Both the position numbers and the translations under genes were made by a program. The notes beneath the pieces are model-generated. The model ran no database searches, was not told where the DNA came from, and saw nothing but the letters and a program-made list of their open reading frames with translations. DNA of 64,000 bases from assembly GCA_051362555.1 (NCBI GenBank), contig CM120646.1:14446001-14510000 (forward strand), in the 5' to 3' direction. The stretch is from Lingula anatina (Eukaryota > Animalia > Brachiopoda). The number at the start of each line of letters is the position of its first letter. Positions within the stretch are counted from its first letter, which is position 1. This document shows, piece after piece, positions 27,891 through 39,200 of this stretch.

Positions 27891-30800
27891 ACACATGTAT
27901 ACCAATGCCTATTCCAAAGCATTTTAAGACACACATTGACACACAATACCTTCATAAAGGAAATTTAATTTGTCCTGGAAATATCAGCATTTTTTCTTAT
28001 AGGCTCAAAGGTGTGCTTTATCCAAACCCGTTTAGAGAATGACGGTCCATAAACCCATTTTATTTAGTTCTTTTTTTTTTCACATTTTGTGTCACTCTCG
28101 TAATGGTGAGAGAATTTAAACCTGCGAATTTTTTTCACTGGACATGACGTGATAAATTAGAATAAAGAACCTGAAAACGGTAAATTTTAACGGTATTAGA
28201 TAGGGTATATGCCTCAGTGATAAAGGGATCTTGGAAATTACCAAGTTCTTTTTAATGAAAGTCTAATGGTTATGGCAAAATTTAATTAAACTAATAGCAT
28301 TGCCACAATTAATGCCATTAACATCGTCAAAATCATCTTCATTTCTATTTTCATTATCATCATTGTAATCAATTAAGATAATTTATCATTATTAAAAGGG
28401 AAGGGTGCACGCAATTATAAACCACAATACGCACGTTACATCCCTGATGGCAGTTTGATGAGCACAATAACTAAACTACGGTACATGTACTGTAGATAGT
28501 GATCTATTTAGGACTAAGGACTTTTGTATAGCAAGCAAAAGGGTTTATAATAGAAATTTTGATGATATTTTGATTAGTAGATTATAAGTAGGCCTATATA
28601 AGGTTCCATTCTATTTGGTCTTTTTGGTCTTTAAAGCCTGTGTAGTAGATGACCGCCAACTGCCGTCTTGTTCATTATAAATTATTGCACCTGTACAATT
28701 TGTACAACACATATCACATCTGAAAATAATGGATGGTCAAGAGACCATGAAATAAACGTACCAGGTACTGGAACATGCACATGCCTACACCTAGCAATAA
28801 ATTCGATGCAGAATGTCGTTTTACAATTACTGGTATACCCCTGTAGTAATCCATTAAACACATACATGTACATGTATGTCTCTGCCTCACATTAACATCT
28901 ATCAAATTTCCATTCTGCTTGTAAAACTGTTGCACATAGAAAATCCACTTACAGTTACTCTAAATAACGATGTAAAAATTGTTCCTTTGTTGATTATGGC
29001 ACCTTTGTAAAGGCTTAATTGACCCGGCAATCACGGATTACATGATGATGCCTCTTGTAATAAATCTTAATGAGTGTATGAAAATGTTTATGTACATACA
29101 ATTAGGGGTACATATACCTTTTTGAAAAAAAGAAAATAACTGCGAGATACAAAGCATCAGAATTATTTCAAATATAAACGAAACATACATTGTAACTTGT
29201 TTAAAATTCACTTCACATGCACTGGGTCAGAATATACAGATCCTTTCGCGTACACAACGGGTGATATTTTAGTAGTCAGTATCTTCGAGGAGATCTCCGT
29301 GTTTCTTTTTCTTAAACATACAGTAGCAAACCTGACGAGTGCCTCTATGTGTACACGCAGGTAAGCACGTTGATTGGTAGACACTCCAATTAGCACCTGC
29401 GTAGTCAGGGTGCCAGCTAGTCCAGACAGGTGTTTGGACGAGATCGTATCTCTGATTTCCACGAATTCACTATCACCACCCTGAGAATTGTGGCTCACAC
29501 AGTGACTCCTTTCATACTGTGCCTTCTCGCACACGGCGCTCCAAACTTGTCGCTGTGTCCCCTGAAAAAGAATAATGACAATCTGCATTTTTTTACTCTT
29601 AGGAAATTTTATGGATGAACACTGATTTCTGACTAGTCGTGCAAGTTTTAATTTAAAAATGTATTCGCTCCGGGATTTTCTTCACTCAATCGAATTTTCC
29701 TCTCCAAAAAAAAAGTAAAAAAAAAAAAAAGTAATTTTCCTCTACTCACACACCATTGTTCGACATTTCCCTGCACACGGATACGTGTACATTGTTTTAT
29801 ATCAATTCTAAATAAATAATCTAATTATAAAATACTACCCAGTCACATGGACTGCTAGGTCTTCCTGTACATGTCAGAAGGAAACATCGACAGCAGGCAC
29901 TTTTATTTACTTTTATTAGGTATATGTTGATTTATTTTCCATTTTATTTATTTTTTATTTATATTTTTTAAGGTCTGAATTGAGAACGATAAGCATGTTT
30001 GAATAATATGTAGACATAAATAATATGGCTCTGGAATATTTTTGAATGCAGATAATACACATATATACATATACAGGGTTTTAATTGTGGCAGTTTTAGG
30101 ATGAATTGGGGGAGGAGGGGGGGGGCAGAGGAGAATGTCCAACGGACACTACAGGTCGCTGTGAAAGTTGTCATCGCCATCATTCTAATAACATGGTTGT
30201 TAGACATTGCGTAATGTTAATTCCTATTTCATTCCTTTGTTATCTCTATTTTATGAAATGCATGGAAAAATCACTTTAGCTTCAAGAGACCTGAGGTTGT
30301 ACTTTAATGAGAAGAAAGTTTGATACATGTAATACTCAAGATACATATTTTTTTATTATTATTGCTATTTCTTTTTCTTCAGTGTCAGGACCAAATGCTC
30401 GTCTTACTCAGTCTTGTAATGAATAGTTCAACCAACCATTTTATAGAATAAATAAAAGATATAGCATGTTTTTTTCTGCATCGAATGTTGCAAGATTCAT
30501 ATACAATGTAGATTAGTTTCATCTTTTGGTCGATAATTGTTCAAGTTATGCATTTATCAATTTATCTATTCATGTGTTTGTTTATTTGCTTATTGTTCAC
30601 ATTGCAGATAGATTTATGATTCAGCTCCACCCGTCACGGCTCTTAGGATAAAAAATGTAAGACGATGCCAATGATCGAAGAATATATTTCCCGAGGTTAA
30701 CCACAGCATAGCAATCTATCTGGAACGTTATCTTTCTTGTCAGTTTAATGTGTTTCTAAGTTTTTGAGTAGAACTCTAAAACGTATCCATTGACCAAAAA

Positions 30801-31047
30801 ACTAATTTAGCCCTAAGTTATTTTTGACATTGTGAACATTTTCTGAGAGTTATTAGAGCGTGAAACGGGACGTTTCACCGGTGCACCCAAATTGATGGGA
30901 TTGTTGCTGTAGAGAAGATACACGACACTTGACGTCATTATTCCAGGCGGTGGAAAATGAAGTCGAGCTATTTGACTAGAGCGTGGCTACTACTGGTACG
31001 CATATACACTCTATGGTCAACAATCCCCATAATAATAATATAAATAA

Positions 31048-31083
<36 letters not shown>

Positions 31084-31949
31084 TTCAGGCTCTGTTGTTG
31101 TGACTATGTCGGAGATCAGGGGACAGGTATCCCCTGATACATGATTTACATTCTTTACATTTAATCGCCGTCAAGACCTTTCGATTTGCTGTTTTTGTTT
31201 ACAGTGGTCAGGCAATTGAAATGGATGTTATTAAGAGAAAATGGACTCTTCTTTCGAGAAGTCTTCAACCCCTCCCCACGGACAAAATAAACCCTATTCT
31301 AATGCCGTTTTAGCATACAACAAGGAATCTTAACTAATAAAATCCCTCATTAATAACGGTACGGTTGTTTCTTGAAATTAGAAAATGAATGTTTTCGATA
31401 CTTGCACATTATATGTATTTATTACATTTCGGGGAAAAAACGTCGGGCAATACCGTTTATAAGGTTTCACCAATTTCATTGAAAGGGAACCAGTTTTTGT
31501 TTCTCGAGCAAACCCAGCCCTTTTTATACTCAACCAACGTTTATGTTTTTAATCTTTTTTATGCCTGGCAGTGATAGGCAATAAAACAACATTATCTCGT
31601 CCTCTTATGTTTGCTTCCAGTATTTAACGTAAAACTATAAATATACTTCACACCACCGTTGTTTAACATCATTTGATTTAGCTTGCAGACAAAGAAAATA
31701 AATTTATCGTCTGTGGCTAATGACGTGTTTAAATATTCATTTTATGTCTATCCTAATCAAGGCAGCGCTTTTGGTCAGAAATGACCGCGGCGTTAAGCGG
31801 TCAGACGCTATACACAAGGACCCCGGCAACAAGTTCGACCCATGTTCTGGTTTAACTGTACGTCTGAGATGAGAAATAATTCAGTTAGCCGTCAGTTAAG
31901 TTCCCAAGCAGCAGAGCGAAAAATAAAAATATTCAGGAAAATCGCTAGA

Positions 31950-32080
31950 GCCGCATGCGCGACCGGGCTACACCATATTAACGGATGACGTCATAAGAGA
32001 GCTCCACCTGCATTTCACTGCCACTCGCACACCTAGCAAGGTAGTCCACAGGTTAAATATATCCCCCAAGTCTCAGTGTC
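31950..32080 (+). promoter_or_regulatory. putative promoter of the QVR-like gene: CRE palindrome, TATA-like and Inr-like motifs
   Basis: GCATGCGC (~31953), ATGACGTCAT 31985-31994, TTAAATATA ~32053 and TCAGT ~32073, lying 130-250 bp upstream of ATG 32204. Confidence 0.4.
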
Positions 32081-32203
32081 GAAATTACTGTAGTTGTAAA
32101 TATACCTGGATAGATACGTTTGTGATTTACTGCAAAAACGGCCAAGTGAAATGTGATTAATTTCCGGGTTAATTTCTACGTCTCCAAGTAAGGGTGCGAG
32201 GAA

Positions 32204-32231
32204 ATGCAAACGCTGCTCGAGATTGGACTTG
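32204..32231 (+). CDS. QVR-like gene, first coding exon (MQTLLEIGL, signal peptide N-half)
   Basis: ATG at 32204, donor TTG|GTAAGT, phase 1; joined to 36607 it completes a 21-aa hydrophobic signal peptide. Confidence 0.65.
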
Positions 32232-32916
32232 GTAAGTGAACGAAGTGGGTATATTATCTTTAAGCGTGAATGTAGAGGTCCTTGTCGAAAGCGTTCAAGC
32301 ACTGATAGATGTAGTAATAGCGGAATGGATTTTGAGAAGTGCTTGCTACTTACACGCTTGATGAACATTAACGGAAATGTGATGGGACGACGTTGGGACG
32401 CTGTGCCTTGTGTTAAGTTTTTTTTTAGAAAAGTCAACAATATCGCCATGTTAAATTGGCCTGCATTGTTTCAGCGAGACTATATGTACGACTGCAACAT
32501 CGTTTAGTAACTTTTAGAATCACTGTTTATGATCGGCTTTTCCTGTGTGTAGTTGGGATATTTCTGTCAGATGGGTCTATAAATAAAATTCCAAGGGAAA
32601 CTGTTAATGTGTGAATTGCGGTGTTCAGGGAAAGATAGCGTTACCTGCAGGGCGCCTTGGGTATTGGACGGGTTGTTTAAAAGTCAGAGTGCTCGAGATC
32701 CTGGGTAAGCAAGCGCTACCTTCTTAGCACAGGAAACCTACCTGCGTGCCTTAACCCATTCAGCTGACACATCAAGTTAAGGAGTCCTGTATTAGAGACG
32801 TAAAAGATCATATGAACAGATAAATATTAAAATCATTGTGTAATGGGAAATACTGTATAGGAAATGATGCACAGCTTGGAAGAGACGATAGAGATTGGGG
32901 TGGTTTTGGACCTTGT

Positions 32917-32965
<49 letters not shown>

Positions 32966-33738
32966 GGGGGGGGGTGGGGACTGGCAAATCCTACTTCATG
33001 TCGTAACTAATGACTTTTAAATGATTACTGTGCAGGAATTTTGTAATAAATAAATATCTATCGGTAAGGAAGACTTACATGTAGGCACCTTTTTCTAATG
33101 AACGTGTGCTGTTGTCGCAAAGCAGCAGGAGACAAATATAGAAACAATATGACTTGGCGGCATGACTGACATGACCGATCGAATTCCAGACCCAGCAACT
33201 ATTTTTTCCATCCCCGCCTAGGGGAGAATAGCTCACCTGTATGACCCAACTGGGCATTTTCGCCAGGTGAACAATTTCTTTTATCCTGCCACGTGCGTGC
33301 TCAGCATAACTGTAAGTGTTTCTATGCTCTTTAGTTTACTGCTCTTTCAAATGAACGCCAACTTAAAAGCAAATCAAAGGCACACAATTGAGCGTAAGGG
33401 TGCATTTGAAGAGCTTATCAAACGAACGCCGATGCGTAAGATCTCTACCTCTGTACTAGTCCTTGTAAAAGAGTGTATGTGCAATACATACCTGCGGGTG
33501 CTAAGTAATTACTGAGTGATAGCGCAGTGTGCCTTTGCTATACTTTGTTGTAAAGTGTATAACTTCAGTTGTTTGTTGGATGCGCAGTGAAGCCTGGAGT
33601 TGAGATCTAGAGATAGTGTATAAAAGGGCTTCCGAGGTTAAAAAAAACTCAGTTTCTAAAACGCAAAATTTATGGCGCAGGTGATCGTTGTAACGTATTG
33701 TGGTTTCTGTGACATTCTCTTTCTCTACCCTTTCTGAT

Positions 33739-33781
<43 letters not shown>

Positions 33782-36226
33782 TGCATTGCACCTTCTCTGC
33801 TTTCGCAACTGAGACTCGTGCACTTCTGTTTTTATTTACCCGCCCGTGAGTAAGTTTTTATTGGACATACGCGATGACTGGGTTTTATCGAAAGAGGATA
33901 CATCGTTCCAGTTGAAACACATGCCAAGCGTGGGATCTCAGTATATCTGAATGTGGGAGCTTACGCAAACTAGAAATATACGTCACACTTTCTTTAAGTC
34001 TGGCTGTAATAGGATCGATTTCCCGTCATTTCCCCAAATTGCAAAATATTCTACGAGATGGGTAATTCATGGTTGCCTTTACCTCATCTTAATCATGCTG
34101 ACAGACGCGTTTTTAGCTCAGGATCAAAGTGATATTCGAAGATTTATAACATCACTAACGGCATTTTTGTCAAATTCTGCTGCCATTTTAGCAGTGAAAT
34201 TGCCGTCAAGTTTTCTCCGGATAGATACATCAAGGTACAATTTCTTCACAGACCCCTTATAAATCAATTGAAGCCCGGAGATGTTTATTGAGATCAATGT
34301 TTTATTTGATTTGGGGATTAAGATTGCTAATTTTCTCATACGGACTGTATTTATTCTCTCTGGTGCTGTTTAGCTCTGTTACATACGTACCTCTAATCAT
34401 GAGCCAGTGTGTATTTTTGAATAAATGCCCAACAAAAATCCACTGATGCTTGCATGCCCTCTGATATCAGGGTCTAATAAAATAGTATACAAAATTAAAA
34501 TAGTATTCAATTTTTGTATCAGACTACTAGCTCACCCTGCAGTCAGAGAGAAATGTTTGCACGTCTGTGTGCTGACAACGCTATGGTACGTCAAGCAATC
34601 ACGGGTAAAGAAACCGATTCTCGCATTGACGATAATAATAATATAGAAGTCAACGACAACAAAAGAAATTGCTCATCCAGTTAGCCAGAAATAACGACCT
34701 GCGCCAAAGAAACAGTGATGCTTTGTAAATGCTTGGAATGCGGCGTATTCTTATACTGTCATTATATTAATAACCTAGGGGTTTACAAATGTCTGGGGAG
34801 GGAGGACAATTATGAAGAAAATGCAGACCAGTAAAAGACAAATGACAAATAGTAGATGAGATATTTTGCTATAATTTGTAGGGTACAGGGATAGGAAACT
34901 ACTCGGTTCTGTCTCTTTTTGCTCATTATACTGATTTTGTCTAAAAGAAGGGAAAAGAGGGCGGGGTCTGGAGCCACGGGAGGAGCATCTACCCCTTTTG
35001 ACACCTCATTGATCCGATATTGGCATTAGTATCAACCGTCCTTTCCTTTGCTAGGGTCTGTTAACTCACATGCTTTACCAGGTCCTCAGCCGGGAGAAGG
35101 GGTGGAGTTCGAAAAGGCCACTCTTTTTGCCGGAAAAGGGTCCGCTCTGGGTAAATTTTGATCTACGAACACAATGATTTCATGGAAAATAGAAAAGGTC
35201 CACTTTTCAAGAAAAAGAACCTACCAATTAAAAATGCTTGTCACGGGCCTGTTTACACTTATATAAGGTTTTTTTTATCGGACGCCTTTGCTTTCAGGTC
35301 GTCAATTGCTAATACCGAACAAAAAGATGTAACTGTAAACCGAACTAAGCAATTAGTTATATTATTACTCCTTCGGGAATAAATTGCAAAAGAGTATCTT
35401 TCCAGGTTGTGAGTCATTTTTTACTTGTCAATCATAACCCTGAATTTTGTAGTTAAACATTTCTCATTTATCTTATTACGCTTGCATCTGATCCTGATCT
35501 TTTGAACTTTGGAAAAAAAGCTCCTTAAGCCAGTGGGGGATCTTGTTCAGACAACCTCTGACGTCAGCGAGAACTTTAGGTCGATCATTTTCAAACCGTA
35601 TACCTGCGGAACAGGTGGGTTTTCATCTTATGCACTAAGAACCCGCGACATTACGAGCAAATTGGTTCAAATGAACCATATCGGCAGCAATTAGCAGCCA
35701 GCATAAGATTAATTCATTCGATGCAGTCTGGTAAGTTTGGGAAATGCCGTAACTGACAAGCGTCAAGAGTGGTGAAGTAACTGCCGATGATAGACGCGGC
35801 TGCCGCTTGCAATATTGCGTGGTAGATAGTTAATGATAAAAACATTGTTTCTGCCGTTTCCACTCGGGGAAAAGGCAGTAATTACGGCTTATTCCCACGC
35901 GTTAGGTTCGATTACTTGCTATGGGATGGAAAATGAAATGAATTAATGTATTACAGCGGCAGATTAAGATTAGAAAAACTGGGAAGGGGCGTTAGTAAGG
36001 GTAAACGCACTGTTTAGCTGATTGTGCCTCTGTGGCAGCTGTCTCCTTCCTGCCTTCCTTCCTTTGTGCCTTCCTCCCATCCTCGTCACTTTCGTTCCTA
36101 CGTGGTATGAGAATTTGAAATCACTTTCGTTTTTACCTTCCTCTCCTTTATGGCGTAGGTGATCGTTGTAATGCAAAGTGATTTCTGTGTCATTCTCTTT
36201 CTGTACCCCCTCTCCCTCTATCCCTA

Positions 36227-36279
<53 letters not shown>

Positions 36280-39200
36280 CCTGCGTCCCACAGAATCCTA
36301 GAATTAGATTAATCAAAAAAAAGACTGCGACCTTTATGGTAAATTCAGCGTGTACTCTCTACGTGTTCCCCCCATTGTCCGCAATCTGGAACTATTTTAT
36401 CGTCTGCACTTTGATTTCACGTCAAATAAATCGCTGTGGAAAATCGACAGAACGTTGATGAAGTGTACACAAAGTGATCCCACGCATAACATTGGTGAAA
36501 CTGGAGGTTTGCAGGCAAACTCCTGTCGATATTCCCAGTGATTTAGACAATATATGTCACATATCGTAGAATAATATGATTGTTAATACCTGTATATATT
36601 TTCCAGTGCTCCTTCTTCTTGCGGTCGAAGTGGTTCAAGCACAGCCGGATCCATTCACGAGTAAGTCTTTCTTTTTAGTTATAACGCATTGATGATTGGG
36701 AAAGTGACATTTTAAATATGTAATAGTACGATGTATCATGATCGTAATTAACTTTTGGTATGTGTTGTGATTCGGAGTTGAATTGATATGATACGCTTTT
36801 CTACTTCATGAAACGTTTAAATAAGTAATCTTATGGTGGAACACTCTTAATCATTTGATGAAGCCTGTAGTTATAGGAAATTAATTTAACGTCTGTGGCT
36901 AATGACAAATTAAAATATTCATTACGTGTCCAGTTACCAGTTTTCATGTTAAGGATAGCTCAGTCTCTATCTTTTCTGTTTTCCAAATTAAATCATAGAC
37001 ATATGCGACGGCAGATCAGAAAGGGTGGGGCCGGCGCAATGGTCTATTCACCCCTTTCCCCCATAAAACGGCATGACAAGCGACACGAGACTAAACTAAG
37101 CACTCTTTCAGAAGGTGTGACTTGCATATTATAGTGATATAGTCCGTTTTTAATTTTTGTGAACACCCCTGCTCTCTCTACTGACTACCATAGGCTAGCT
37201 AGGTGATGACATAGGCCTAAATTTTATAAATAAATAAATATATTTTATAAATATAAATATATAAATAAACGTTAGATCTACGCATTTCAATTCCTGGAAC
37301 AGCGCCAATCTTGTAACCCCGTCAGATTAAAAAGTTGCTGTATAAGGGCGTATTCCCAGAGCTTTTAGATCGAACTATCCCCGCGGGGAGTCTCACTAGA
37401 TTACTGTCAGATAATCCGGCTTAAATGTCCGTCCCGCCTACTACAAGCTGTAAGGGGGTAATTAACTTTCGTACCCGCTCCGCTGACAGCTATTTAGCGT
37501 GAACCCCTAGGGAGTTAGGTCGATCTAAAGTAGATCGATCTAATCTCTGGGAATGGGGCCTAACACATGGCACAACAATATAATAACTGGTATCTCTTTA
37601 AATCCGTAAGGCGGAACCATATAGTTGACATTGCCGGTGTGACAGGATTGGTAGTCCGCTAGGAACCGTAGTCAGTTCCTTAGTACTTTGTACAGGTGCC
37701 TGTTTCATATACTATTCCCAATACTCCCACTAACCCTAACCTGTACTTATATATCATATGGGACCCGGACTTCCATTCCTAGGACTATAATTCTTGTCAC
37801 ACCGGTATTTTCACTTTTACAAATGGATTAAATCTAACCCCCAAATCTAAGTAGTAATTGTCAGAATCTCTCGGTTTGAAAAGTTTTGCTTTTGCTGGTA
37901 ATAGAGGTTTTCCGATAGACCGCAATACTCAGGGTGGTGGAATTCTTGACAGCCTGAGACGGAGTCCTAGAGAAAGGCTGCAAATTCACTCCAGTCGAAG
38001 ACTTATGAATATAAATGACTATCATATTGTGAAGAGCCCCTATTTGTCATACAGAACCGGCATTAATAAGCGCCAGTATTGAAATTTGATATCATATTTC
38101 TATGCCTTTGATTCGATTTTGCTCCTCGCCACATCATCCACGTTCACCAAAGGTATAGAATGATTGTATGGTATGGAAATATATTTTTTTAAGTGTGTGT
38201 GTGGGGTTTCAATGCGTCGATATTGTTTAAAATAAACTGCCGGAGAGAAAGAGAGAGAGAAAAAGAGAGAGAGCAATCCAAATCAACAAAGACTTCGTCA
38301 CTGTGTGTACGTAAATGGGTCTATACATTAGATTATAAAAAAAAGTGGCATATACTCGTATGGGCAGACTTGTATTTTTTCATTTGTTTTAACGAAACAG
38401 ATGGGAATCATAAACTTCTCCTGAAAGATAAGATAACAAGCCGTATGGACAACGAGGTTTTCGTAATTGGTTCTTCTTTTTGGTCCCAAACTCAGCGGGA
38501 TCCCAAAACCCGGACGATTAATCGAGTTACCTGTCTATCCGAACGCAAACTCATCGGTTTGGCTTCCTGCCATTGTTTCAGTTGGCATCTCTCTTTTGAC
38601 CCTAAAACATTCCATGTCATGGGGCCTATTTATTTTATTTCAGGTAAGTCTGGCAATTACTTCAATTCTGGAGCACTGGTGATCCAGTGTTTGAGAGAGA
38701 GAGAGAGAGAGACCCATTTAGTTGACGCAGAACAAACGACTCGTTTCGTTTGTCAAAACTTCTTGAAAAAAGTAAACCTAAAGAAGAAAATTCTTATTTC
38801 TTACGCCCTTTTTAATTCTCCACCTCCAACACACACACGCACACACACACACACACACACACACGCGCACACACACACACACACACGCACACACTGCGCA
38901 CGCCTGGACAGAGTAGGGATTGACACTCTTCCCACAAATATGCCAAATTAATAGATGAGACTCTTTAGAGATTTTTCATATTGATATACTTGTGTCCCCT
39001 TAGCTGCACGATGCAAAACGACACAAAATGATTGTCCCGATACCTTGTTGTAACGCTATGAAATACAGGGTACCGAACGGCCATGCCTCTCCAGGGTAAT
39101 TTTATTATTTTACAATCTCCGGGCAGATATATCGTATTTTACCAAATTCGGAATTTCTTTGATGTACAGGCGCCTATGTATCCTGTACTACAGTGTTCTG

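Noticed and set aside
29208-33309. Possible minus-strand gene linking 33227-33309 to 29208-29563
   Set aside because: Poor acceptor pyrimidine tract at 33310, no start exon, and peptides resembling nothing I recognise; plus-strand donors explain the signals equally well.
38193-38951. 252-aa ORF as a standalone gene
   Set aside because: GTG start, and runs through (GA)n and (CA)n microsatellites; only 38401-38643 has exon-like boundaries and is reported as a candidate cassette.
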